Below, piece by piece: positions 50,100 through 60,281 of a stretch of DNA of 64,000 nucleotides. The position numbers and the translations under genes are program-made. The stretch spans positions 480,001-544,000 of the forward strand of contig CBDDEL010000014.1 in assembly GCA_965226885.1 (NCBI GenBank), written 5' to 3'. The stretch is from Opitutales bacterium. Lineage in GTDB: Bacteria > Verrucomicrobiota > Verrucomicrobiia > Opitutales > UBA2987. The notes beneath the pieces were generated by a model. That model ran no database searches. It was not told the origin of the DNA and saw nothing but the letters and a program-made list of their open reading frames with translations. How positions within the stretch are numbered: the first letter of the stretch is position 1; every line of letters starts with the position of its first letter.

Positions 50100-51748
50100 T
50101 TAGATCAATTTGCTTTTCTGGGCAATCTCCCGATTCAGAATCCGGTCGTTTTCGGAATAATCAACCGGGATATCGATCAAATGCACCCCCTCGGTTGAGA
50201 GGCAGGATTGCAGGGTAGTTAACAGTTCCTCGGCGCTGTTCACGCGGTGGCCGATTGCGCCGTAACTTTCGGCGTATTTGACGAAATCGGGGTTGCCGTA
50301 ATCGAGACCCCAGTTTTTGAAGCCCATATTGGCCTGCTTCCACTTGATCATGCCATAAGCGCTGTCGTTGAGGATGAGGACCAGATGAGGACCACGAGGT
50401 TCATTTTCAGCCGTATGGCGGTTTCCAATTCCTGGGAATTCATCATGAACCCCCCGTCCCCGCAGATGGCCTACCTTGCGGTCGGGGTAAACGAGGCGCG
50501 CTGCCATGGCCGAGGGGAGCCCGGTGCCCATGGTGGCGAGGGCATTGTCAAGCAAGACGGTGTTGGGCTGGCGGGCTCGGTAGTTGCGGGCAAACCAGAT
50601 TTTGTAAACACCGTTGTCGAGGGTGATGATGCCGTCATCGGGCATTACTTTGCGCACATCGGCTACCAGACGCTGCGGGTAAACCGGAAAGCGGTCGTCA
50701 TGGGCGCCTTCGCACATGTTTTTTGACATGGCTTCGGATACGCGCCGGTAGTAGGAAAAATCCCAGCACTCCTGAGGCGAAATCCGTTCATTGATTTCCC
50801 AAATGCTGTGAGCGATATCGCCCACAATTTCCACCTGCGGAAAATAGACCGGATCGACGGAAGCGGTGTTGAAATTAACATGAATCACCCTGGTGCCGCC
50901 TCTTTTCATAAAGAAGGGAGGCTTCTCCACCACGTCGTGCCCGATATTGATGATGAGGTCTGCCCGTTCGATGGCCCGGTGCATGAAATCGTTGGCGGAG
51001 AGCGCGGCGTTTCCCAAAAAGAGGGGGTGATCCTCGTTGTTGACGCCTTTTCCCATTTGAGTAGTAATAAAGGGAATACCCTGTTTTTCGATGAGGCGGT
51101 TTAACACCCTGCACGTTAGTTTGCGATTGGCCCCGGCTCCGATGACCAGCAATGGGTGTTTGCAGTTTTGTATCATTTCGACTGCTTTTTGGAGGGCTTT
51201 TTCTTCCCCCACCGGACGGCGCACGCTGCTTTTTTTCAGGGGAACGGCGTCGGTGCCCTCCGCCGTGATATCTTCGGGAAGTTCCAGGTGAACTGCGCCG
51301 GGGCGCTCCTCTTCAGCCAGCCGGAAGGCCTCGCGCACCCGGGGGGGATGTTGTCCCCACTGACAATTTGGCGGGTGTATTTTGTCAAAGGCCGCATCAT
51401 ATCGACGATGTCGACAATCTGAAACTGGCCCTGTTTACTGCTTTTGATCGGTTTCTGGCCCGTAATCATAAGCATCGGCATGGCGCCAAGTTGGGCGTAA
51501 GCGGCAGCCGTAACGAAATTGGTGGCGCCGGGGCCTAAGGTAGAAAGGCAGACACCGGCTTTGCCCGTCAGCCGTCCATAGGTGGCGGCCATGAATCCCG
51601 CTGCTTGTTCGTGACGTGTGAGGATGAACTTAATGGAGGATTCGCGAAGAGAGTTGAGGAAATCAAGATTTTCCTCCCCGGGAATTCCGAAAATAAATTC
51701 CACTTCTTCTTTTTCCAACGCCTCGATAAATAAATCAGATGCTTTCAT
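50100..51748 (-). pseudogene. ThDP-dependent acetolactate-synthase-like enzyme, frameshifted
   Basis: FGIPGEENL, TRHEQAAGF, STLGPGATN; frameshifts near 51345 and 50471 plus an 11-bp duplication at 50373-50394. Confidence 0.88.
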
Positions 51749-51786
51749 GAGCTGCTTTAGTTTTAGGATTAAATTATTTCTCTGGA

Positions 51787-52938
51787 TCAGAGGAGTTCCA
51801 GGGCCGAATCGATTTCCGCTAAGGTGTTGTAATAGTGGGGGGAAAAACGGAGCCATTGGCGTCCTTTCAAATCGATTCTCAAAGATGTTTCGATTTTGGC
51901 CAGAGCGAGTTTTTTGTGCAGTTGGGCCATGTCGATATTCTCTTTGTGGATGGAGGTAATTCCCGACAGATGGTTCTCGTCGGAACAAGCCAGGGTGTAA
52001 TCTTTAAGCCGAACCATTTCCCGAATATGGCACGTATGGCCCAAAATGATTTCCGTTATCCTGGACAGGGTATATTGACGCAAGAGAGACAAACCGGCAT
52101 GGAAGCCGGCCTGTCCGAGATAGTTGTCGGTCCCTGCTTCATAACGCCGCGCCCCTACTTCGAATACTATTTCCTTAGGGGGAAGAAAATCGGGACACCG
52201 GACGTTATGCCAGCCCAGCAGTGTGGGCCGTAGTTGTTCCATTGCGTCTTTGCCGACATAAAACAACCCTGACGAGCAGGGGCCCAGGAGCCATTTGTGG
52301 CTGTCGGAAGCGAGAAAATCCACATGCTCCACCGTTGTCGGCAAGGCGCCCAATGTTTGAATGCCATCGACACAAAAGAGCGTCTTTCTGCCGTTCTCTT
52401 TCAACCATGACCCGATAGCCCTCAAATCGATTCGATACCCGCTTATATAGTGGGCGGAGGCCAAGGCCACCAGGCGGGTGTTGGAATCGACCAGTGGCTT
52501 TAGGGTGTCGATGGTGATTTTTCCCGGTTCCTCCGGCTCGACCGGTCTCAATTCGACGCCTTTTTCTGCCAGGTTCATCCAGACTACCGTATTGGAGGGG
52601 TAGTCGGCGCCATGATAAACGACATTATCGCCGGGTTTAAAAGTTAGGCCGTTGGCGACCAGGGAAAGCGAGACCGATGTGGGCCCGACCAGAGCCATTT
52701 CTTCGCGATCGCAATTGAGCAAATCCGCTCCCATTTGGCGAATTTCATCCGGCAGGGACTTCGGCATTCCTTTTTCCTGGTCGCACAAGGTGGTCATGAG
52801 GGCATATTCACTGATGGCTTCGGCAACGGACCTTGGCAGGGGACAGATGGCGGCATTGGCCAGATAAATGCGGCTTGAGCAGATGGGAAACTCACGCTGG
52901 CGCAGTGTTTCGTTATTATGCAAATCAGATAAGTTCAT
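51787..52938 (-). CDS. PLP-dependent class V aminotransferase (cysteine-desulfurase-like fold)
   Basis: IYLANAA, DYPSN, VDGIQTLG, DSHKWLLGP, RRYEAGT, RFSPHYYNT. Confidence 0.88.
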   Translation of the reverse strand: MNLSDLHNNETLRQREFPICSSRIYLANAAICPLPRSVAEAISEYALMTTLCDQEKGMPKSLPDEIRQMGADLLNCDREEMALVGPTSVSLSLVANGLTFKPGDNVVYHGADYPSNTVVWMNLAEKGVELRPVEPEEPGKITIDTLKPLVDSNTRLVALASAHYISGYRIDLRAIGSWLKENGRKTLFCVDGIQTLGALPTTVEHVDFLASDSHKWLLGPCSSGLFYVGKDAMEQLRPTLLGWHNVRCPDFLPPKEIVFEVGARRYEAGTDNYLGQAGFHAGLSLLRQYTLSRITEIILGHTCHIREMVRLKDYTLACSDENHLSGITSIHKENIDMAQLHKKLALAKIETSLRIDLKGRQWLRFSPHYYNTLAEIDSALELL

Positions 52939-53005
52939 GCAGCGGGTGTCAGGAAGAGTCTATGTATCCAGCATCATGTATCAAGCATCTTGCACCCGGC
53001 AAAAT

Positions 53006-55597
53006 TCACCGCCATTGCTGTTTCGGGTAGCGGCCTTTGAGTTGTTTTTTGATTTCCGGGTAGGCACCGGTCCAAAAAGCTCCCAGGTCGTCGGTCACTT
53101 GCACGGGTCGCTGATTGGGGGCCAGTATTTCGATTGTTAATGGGATCTTTCCGCCAGTATTTCGATTGTTAATGGGATCTTTCCATTGGCAATGGCGGGT
53201 TTATCCGGGGCGTCATAAAGTTGCTGAATGGTTGCCGATAAAATCGCTTTGCCATTCGGTTCATATCGAATCTTGAGCGATTTTCCCGATGCCGGGGACA
53301 GCGTATAACGCAGAGGGGCCGAATACTCCAGGAACTCCTGATGTTCCCGGCCCAGCCAGTCTTGCAACACCGGCATTGCCTGACGGTCTTTAATTTCCCG
53401 GTAGCTGACGGCTCCGTGGCAGATTTGTTGCAGGAGAAAAAGCCGTTCGTTTTCGGTAATGGCGGGTATTTCAAAATCTGGATGGCTGACAGCGAGGAGG
53501 TTGACCCGGTTGATCCAGGTTTCTACCGATACATCCCAATGTTTTAATTTAAGCCTTCCTGCGAACACTTCGCGAGCCAGGATATTGGCCGCTTCCTCCA
53601 GGTTGGGCGATCCTTCTTCCTTGCTTTCGAGCACCAGGTCGCGAAAGCGGCGTTCGCAGAGTTGCAGGACCTTGCGCTGCCGAGGGTCGTAATGTTGGCG
53701 CGTTTCCCCTATCAACTCTCCGGGAAAGAGTTCCTGCAGCCATTCCTCCTTTACCGCCGTGTTCATTCCCAGGAGCAGGTGGACGTTTCCCCTTACTTCA
53801 CGTTCCACGATTTCCGCTGAGACAAAAAGAGGATGATCGCGGACGGCGCTTTGCCGGCGCAATTCACCGCTTCTTTCGTGAACCAGGACGCAACGCAGGG
53901 TGCCGCGGTCCCGCCGTATGGCCAGGTGATCGGAAAATCCCGCCAACAAGCAGCGTCCTATCGAATCTCCATCCCATTGCACCGCGTGGTCTTGTTTGCC
54001 GCCACCGCCGCCTTGTTTTTTGGCGATGTTTAAAAACTGGGCCGCCAGTCTCTCCGCCTGTCTGGCCGAGTGGGCATGGATTCCCCATTGTTGGCAAAAT
54101 TTGGCAAAATTTCAGGTCGTATTGCCGGCTGCGAGCCGCTATCCAGGCTTGCAGGACGGCCAGGAAATCCGACTCCACTTTGCCCTTTAAACCGATCATA
54201 TCATCCCGGCGGTCTTCCATCCTTTGGTCCTTTAGGGGCATCAACAAGCTCCTTTCTTGAGCAAAGGCCACAATCAGGGCCATGACCGGGAGGCACTGAT
54301 AATCCCGAGCCGCCAGGAAAATACGTGAATAGCGTGGGTGCAGCGGGTATTGGGCCATCTTTTGGCCTATCTCGGTCAAGCTCCCATCCTGCAAACGCAA
54401 TGCGCCCAGATCGCTTAAGAGCGATTCCGCTCGTTTTAATGAGTTTTCATCGGGCGGTTCCAGCCAGGGAAAATCTTCCGCTCCCAGGTTGTTATGCCCG
54501 GCGGCCTTGAGCGTTAGAAGCGTCTCGGAAAGGTCCAGGCGGCGAATTTCGGGTCTTTCATTGACCGGCCGCTGCCGGTGCTCGCGCTCGCTCCAGAGGC
54601 GAAGGCAATAGCCGGGGGCGGTGCGCCCGACCCGGCCCGCGCGTTGATCGGCCGATGCCTGGCAAATATTTTTCACCAACAGCGTGTTGATGCCGCGGCG
54701 AGGGTCGTAGGCGGCGATCCGGGCCTGCCCCGAGTCGATGGTGAGCGATGATTCGGCCACATTGGTGGAGACGATGACTTTGCGTTTGGGGCAAGGGCCA
54801 AGGGCTTCCTCCTGCCTGTCCAGGGACATCTCTCCGTGCAGGGGCAGCAACCGGAATTCGCGCGTGACGTGCAGTTTTTCGAGTTCCCGCAAAGTTTGGC
54901 GGATCTCGAAAGCGCCCGGCATGAAAATGAGAAAATCCCCCTCCGGAATTTGTTCTGCCAGTCTTTTGAAGTGATTGGCAGCCCGATCCCAGACCTCGGT
55001 CCTTTCTTTATGGCCGCCGGAACCGGAGTATTTCACTTCGACCGGAAAAGTCCTCCCCTCGCTGGAAAGAATGTGACAGGGTTTGAGAAAGTCCTCCAGA
55101 TCGGCAGCCTCAAGTGTGGCCGACATGACGATCAGCCGGAGATGGGGGCGCGTAGTTTTTTGCAGCATGCTGGCCAGGGCCAGGCAAACATCGCCTTCCA
55201 GGTGGCGTTCATGAAATTCATCGAAGATAATAGCATCCACTCCCTTCAGTGTTGGGTCGCCGAGGAATCGGCGCTGCAGGATTCCCTCCGTCACATACTT
55301 GATGCGGGTCTCGGGTCCGCTGCAATTTTCGAAACGCACTTGGTAGCCCACTTCCCGGCCGAGGCGCGATTTTCGCTCCCAGGCTACCCGCCGGGCCAGC
55401 ATCCGGGCTGCCATGCGCCGTGGTTGCAGGATGATTATTTCGCCTTTATCGATCAGGTTATCGTCGAGGACAAATTGGGGAATCTGGGTCGATTTTCCAG
55501 AACCGGTTGGCGCTGCCAAAACCAGTCTGGGGTGTTCGCTGATTTTTTCACGGACTTCGTTTCGCAGGGCGTGAATGGGAAGATGGGCGGGATTCAT
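53006..55597 (-). pseudogene. hrpB: ATP-dependent RNA helicase HrpB, disrupted
   Basis: APTGSGKST, DEFHER, MSAT, QRAGR; C-terminal LAPNQRPVQVTDDL..FW..YP..GRYPK; 10-bp and 32-bp duplications break the frame. Confidence 0.92.
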
Positions 55598-55639
55598 ACT
55601 TGGCAGAAACTCTTGAAAAGTTTAATCTTTATCGAATCC

Positions 55640-56770
55640 ATGAAATTTTCCCACCATCCATCCTCCATTTTGCTGGCACTATTCACGAAGTCTGTTCTCT
55701 CGTCAATATACAGGAGAAGATGCTTTTCGGTCTTCCTATTGTGCGCATTAATGATGCCTTCAGCAACACGCGGTGAGGGTGGATTCAAGGTGGAAAGCGG
55801 AGAGATTGACGGAGTGCTCTACGATGTTGCCGTGGCCGACGACTGGAACGGCAAACTCCTTCTTTTCAACCACGGCCTGATTTTTGAACACCTGCCGCTT
55901 TCTACCTATATGGAACCGGAGCGTGAGCCGTTTCGTACCCTTTTGCAGGAGGGTTGGTTGGTGGCGGCCAGCAGTTTTCGGCGCAACGGTTTGATTGTCA
56001 ACGATGCCGCCGAAGACGTTTTAATCCTGCACAGCAATTTGGTAAGAAAATATGGCAAGCCGGAGCGGACCCTGCTGATGGGTGAATCGATGGGCGGGGC
56101 GGTCTCCCTACGCCTCATCGAGAGCCTTCCAGAGCGTTTTCACGGGGCCGTGGTTCTGGGGGCCGGACTCATGAGCCGCGACCCAGATACCCAATTTGTC
56201 TATTCTTACGAGCCTGAATCGCCAGTTTTGTTTATGAGCAACCAGTCGGAAATCGGGCAAGCCCTGGAATACTTTTTCAAATCGAGGAAAAACGGCAAAG
56301 AGACGGCGCTTTGGAGTATCCGCAGAGAGGGCCATATCAACTTCAACGAGGCCGAATTCCTGGCAGTGGCCAAGGCGCTCGACCATTGGGTGGAGACTGG
56401 TGAAATTGAGAGAGAGAAAGACGCCACGGTGCAGGTGGATGAAGAAGATTCGACAGCCCGGTTTGCCGATGGCGGCGCCTATACGAAAATTGTTGGTGTC
56501 GACTCCACTTTCGGCAATTTGACGGTCGATTACCGGGCTTCCGATTTTAACCGATTGGGGGTCGCTTCTGGGCAGAACATCGTTTTTAGGTTAAAGGGAA
56601 AAGAGTTTACGGCCACCCGCGCCAAGACCTACAGCGATGTCCCCGTCGGACAGTGGGTTGTATTTGAGGACGCGGAGGGGCGGCATGTCATTGCCATCAA
56701 TCGTTCCCATGCTGCCAACGAAGCCGGGGTCAAGGTAGGCGACGCGGTTTTCATGAAAACACAAAAATAA
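55640..56770 (+). CDS. Alpha/beta hydrolase fused to a C-terminal domain resembling that of SAM hydroxide adenosyltransferases (DUF62/fluorinase/chlorinase)
   Basis: WNGKLLLFNHG, GESMGG, GHINF; then VDSTFGNL, KTYSDVPVG, IAINRSHAA, VKVGDAV. Confidence 0.7.
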   Translation: MKFSHHPSSILLALFTKSVLSSIYRRRCFSVFLLCALMMPSATRGEGGFKVESGEIDGVLYDVAVADDWNGKLLLFNHGLIFEHLPLSTYMEPEREPFRTLLQEGWLVAASSFRRNGLIVNDAAEDVLILHSNLVRKYGKPERTLLMGESMGGAVSLRLIESLPERFHGAVVLGAGLMSRDPDTQFVYSYEPESPVLFMSNQSEIGQALEYFFKSRKNGKETALWSIRREGHINFNEAEFLAVAKALDHWVETGEIEREKDATVQVDEEDSTARFADGGAYTKIVGVDSTFGNLTVDYRASDFNRLGVASGQNIVFRLKGKEFTATRAKTYSDVPVGQWVVFEDAEGRHVIAINRSHAANEAGVKVGDAVFMKTQK

Positions 56771-56797
56771 GGCCGGGGTAAATGGTTCACCCCGGCC
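56771..56797. terminator. Hairpin between convergent genes
   Basis: GGCCGGGGT-loop-ACCCCGGCC directly after the stop codon. Confidence 0.6.
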
Positions 56798-56874
56798 CTA
56801 TCTTGTTTGAGTAGATGGCTACCCCCAGCCATCCATAATGTATATCGTTGTTTACTCTGCCAAAAACAGGGAAC

Positions 56875-57303
56875 TTATTTGACACTGATTTGCCTGGCTT
56901 TGCTCGCTTCGGCCCTCGGCAATGTAATGGTGAGAAGCCCGTCTTGCAATTTGGCCGATACCTTCTCCGAATCCACTTCCTCAGGAAGGCTGATAGAGCG
57001 GCTGAACGAAGATGATTTTTCGCCGTCCGCGGTCTTCTCTTTGCGATCACCTTTGAGCGAAAGCAGGTTTCTTTCCAGATTCAACCGGATGTCGCCTTTC
57101 TTCACTCCGGGCAGTTCAAAGCGGGCGTAATAGTTGTCCGCATCCTCGTAAAAATCGACCGCGGGTTCGTTGCGCGTTAATTTGTTGAAGGCATCGCGAT
57201 TAAAAATCGGGAGGCGCCCGAAGTCAGCGAATACATTTTCAAACAAACTATCGATTTCATTGTAGGGATTGATTCCCGACGGGTTATATCTAATTAATTT
57301 CAT
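56875..57303 (-). CDS. Hsp20/alpha-crystallin small heat-shock protein
   Basis: PAVDFYED, ELPGVKK.DI, FSRSISLP, AKLQDGLLTITLP. Confidence 0.93.
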   Translation of the reverse strand: MKLIRYNPSGINPYNEIDSLFENVFADFGRLPIFNRDAFNKLTRNEPAVDFYEDADNYYARFELPGVKKGDIRLNLERNLLSLKGDRKEKTADGEKSSSFSRSISLPEEVDSEKVSAKLQDGLLTITLPRAEASKARQISVK

Positions 57304-57351
57304 GATTTTTCTACCTTTCGTTTTTGTTGTTAAAGTGAATTGCCATTGTTA

Positions 57352-57369
57352 TTGCATGCTCCATGCCAA
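57352..57369 (-). promoter_or_regulatory. Sigma54 -24/-12 promoter of hsp20
   Basis: TTGGCATGGAGCATGCAA has exact GG-N10-GC spacing, about 50 bp upstream of the ATG. Confidence 0.7.
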
Positions 57370-57434
57370 ACATGAAACAAAAGTAACTATTTCATAGTAA
57401 ATAAGAAGTTACAAAACTGACTGAAATCCTTTGA

Positions 57435-57502
57435 TGTGTCAATATGGCACAGTAACACCTTCTAGTTGAGAAAACCAACAATATATGTGTCAAAATGACA
57501 CA
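57435..57502. promoter_or_regulatory. Two palindromic boxes TGTGTCA-N3-TG(G/A)CACA, candidate enhancer sites
   Basis: 57435-57451 and 57486-57502, 51 bp apart, upstream of the sigma54 promoter. Confidence 0.6.
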
Positions 57503-57521
57503 ATCCCGCCTGAGATAATTT

Positions 57522-57821
57522 TTAACTGAGCGGCTTCAGGTAAACAATGGTGGCTCCCCAGCCGCCCGCTTCTCCCCCAGCCTGGTGAAAATCGGCTACC
57601 AGGGGCGATTTTTTCAATTGGGCGTGGACCAATTCGCGCAGGGTTCCGATACCTTTGCCGTGGATGATCCGGATGGTGAAAATTCCCTGTTCCCGGCAGG
57701 CCCGCAAATATTCGCCGACCAAATCTGCTATCTCCTGAGGGCGAAAAGTGTGCAGGTCGAGAACGCCGTCAATGGGCAATTCCAATGGTTCTTCACTCAC
57801 TGTCTTTGCCGGTTTCTGCAA
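57522..57821 (-). CDS. Smr/MutS2 C-terminal domain protein
   Basis: LDLHTF, IIHGKGIGTLR, GGWGATIV. Confidence 0.9.
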   Translation of the reverse strand: MQKPAKTVSEEPLELPIDGVLDLHTFRPQEIADLVGEYLRACREQGIFTIRIIHGKGIGTLRELVHAQLKKSPLVADFHQAGGEAGGWGATIVYLKPLS

Positions 57822-59043
57822 AGCCGCCTTCAGCCTCGGTCAGTTCCTCGGCCTGGGGACGGGTTGTGATGCGTTCAACGGGCTCTGGAGCCGGGATTTC
57901 CTTACCTTCGCCCGGAGTCACTTCATTTAATTTTCGGGCCGTCACCAGAACGCGTGTTTCCGTCGAACGAACCGCCTTGTTGAATGCTTCCACGGATTTG
58001 TCGAGGTGTTTTCCAATGTCGGAAAAATGTGCGGCCAAAACGCCGATGCGCTCATAAAGCTCCCGCCCAAGATCGCTTATTAATTTGGCGTTTTCGGCCA
58101 CTTTTTCCTGCTGCCAGCCGTAGGCCACTGCCTTGAGCAGGGCGATCAGGGTGGTGGGTGTGGCCGGGATCACCTTTTCTTTTGCCCCGTACTCGATCAA
58201 GCCGGGGTCCTGTTCCAAGGCGGCGCTGAAAAATGCCTCTCCCGGTAAAAAAAGAACCACAAATTCCGGAGTCGGTTCAAACTGTTTCCAATAACTCTTG
58301 GCCCCCAGCATTTTGATATGGTCGCGCACATGGCGGGCATGGGCCTTGAGCCTGGCTTTTCGCTCATCCCCGTCATTCGTTTTCAGGGCGTCCAGGTAAG
58401 CTATGAGGGGCGTTTTGGCGTCCACTACAATCTGCCGGCCATTGGGCAGGCGCACGATGAGATCGGGCCGTTGGCGGGCGCCCTCCCCGGTGGTGGCCGA
58501 TTCCTGCTGCACGAAGTCGCAATGCTCAACCATGCCGGCAAACTCGACCACTCGCTCGAGTTGCACCTCCCCCCATTGGCCGCGGACGTTTGGGGTGCGC
58601 AAAGCTTGCACCAGGTTGGCGGTTTCCTCTTTTAGGCTCGTTTGGGTTTTGAGAAGATTTTCCACCTGCGCGGTCAACCCGGAATAAGCGCCGATGCGGA
58701 CTTTCTCCATCTCACGGATTTTCTCGTCCACCTTTTCGAGGGACTCCCTCATCGGCTTGACTAATTCCTCGACCGCTTTATGGCGTTGCTGTAGCTCACC
58801 CTTGGCCCCCTCCTGGAATTTCCCCAAATTCTCTTTAGCCAAATCGAGAAAAAGGCGGTTATTACCCTGCAGGGCTTCCGCCGAGAGCGACTTGAAAGAC
58901 TCGCTCAATTTATCCCGCGCCTCGTTGAGCAAAGCCAATTTCTCCTCTTCGGCGCGCCCACGGCTGCGGGACAGCCACAAGGCAAGCCCAATCCCGGCCC
59001 CCAGGCCGACAAGCAAAGACAAAGCGGGCAGCAAAGTTTCCAT
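57793..59043 (-). CDS. rmuC: DNA recombination protein RmuC
   Basis: RGQWGEVQL, RPDLIVRLP, VDAKTP, FVVLFLPGE, TPTTLIALL..V..GW. Confidence 0.95.
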   Translation of the reverse strand: METLLPALSLLVGLGAGIGLALWLSRSRGRAEEEKLALLNEARDKLSESFKSLSAEALQGNNRLFLDLAKENLGKFQEGAKGELQQRHKAVEELVKPMRESLEKVDEKIREMEKVRIGAYSGLTAQVENLLKTQTSLKEETANLVQALRTPNVRGQWGEVQLERVVEFAGMVEHCDFVQQESATTGEGARQRPDLIVRLPNGRQIVVDAKTPLIAYLDALKTNDGDERKARLKAHARHVRDHIKMLGAKSYWKQFEPTPEFVVLFLPGEAFFSAALEQDPGLIEYGAKEKVIPATPTTLIALLKAVAYGWQQEKVAENAKLISDLGRELYERIGVLAAHFSDIGKHLDKSVEAFNKAVRSTETRVLVTARKLNEVTPGEGKEIPAPEPVERITTRPQAEELTEAEGGFAETGKDSE

Positions 59044-59479
59044 AACCTAAAATTGACAGTACCTATGAAAGAGAAGCCATGCTACCATCTCAATCCCGCG
59101 TGGACAGCATAAACTATTCAAAAATTGAAAAACCGGCTTGCCAACGGTAATAGAGCGAGTAAGCTAACTGATATTTTAGTTTTTTCACTGACTCATTTCC
59201 ATTTTTAAAACTCCGACAGCCCATGAATATTCGAACACTGACACTCGCAACCTCCTTATTGTACAACATCCTTTCCCCCCGTATGCCACCGCCCAGGCGC
59301 CTCAGCTATTCCTCAGCGATACGAGCTTTTCTGCGACCGTTGATTATCAAGGAAGCGGCTCCGTCAATCTGACCATAGGAAATTCCGGAAACGCCCACCT
59401 GGAATGGGAGATCAATATCATTATCGAGGAGGACGATTCGTATGATGGTCAACCGTTGGAAGATACTCTCAGGATATTC

Positions 59480-60281
59480 GGTAGTGTATAAAAAAAGAAT
59501 GTTATTTTGTATTTTTAGCTGTACAAATAGCGTTAGGCAGTTTATTCTTAGTGCATGGTTACTAAAATTATTAATTGTCGGCACTGTGGAAGTGAAAATA
59601 TCATTAAATTTGGCAAGACGCCCAACCATAAACAGCGCTACCGCTGCCATGATTGTGGTAAGCAAAGCCGCGAAAACCCCACAGTGAAATACACCGAAGA
59701 GCAAAAAGAAATGATCCTTCGAGTCTATCAGGAACGCAGCAGTCTACGCGGTTTACAGCGCGCCTTCGGGGTGAGTCCCAACACCGTTTTGAGTTGGTTA
59801 AAAAAAACGACAATCGCTGCGACCGCTCAAAAGCACGATTCTTGCGGCCCGCCGCCATGATGTCATTGAACTGGACGAACTGTGGTCTTTTGTGGGGCGC
59901 AAGAGCGATGCCCAATGGGTTTGGATCGCTCTTTGCCGACGCACCCGTCAAATCCTCTCCTATGCCATTGGGCCTCGGGATTGGTATCGTTGCCGGGAAC
60001 TTTACGAGCGTCTGCCACGGGCCTACAAAAGATGTGCCACCTACAGCGACTTTTGGAGCACTTATGATGAAGTCTTTCCTCATAACCGATCCGTGGGAAA
60101 AGAAACCGGTGAAACGGCCCATGTGGAACGATGGAACAATACCCTGCGCCAACGACTGGGTCGTTTCACACGCAAAACCCTCTCCTTTTCCAAGCTTAAG
60201 AGTATGCATGAAACCTGTCTGAGACTTTTCATTCATCAATATAATCAAGAATTAGCCACCATTCCTACTTAATACACTACC
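59480..60281 (+). mobile_element. IS1-family element copy 2 (insA 59555-59860, insB frame 59802-60272)
   Basis: Near-identical inverted copy of 46552-47352; no TSD. Confidence 0.92.

Noticed and set aside
54836..55639. N-terminal extension of the 644-aa ORF
   Set aside because: Antisense shadow of hrpB; the real start is near 55640
59223..59479. Possible gene start cut by IS1
   Set aside because: Frames are broken and no family is recognisable; too weak to annotate
46552..60281. IS1 composite transposon
   Set aside because: Outer flanks do not form a TSD and the cargo is housekeeping genes
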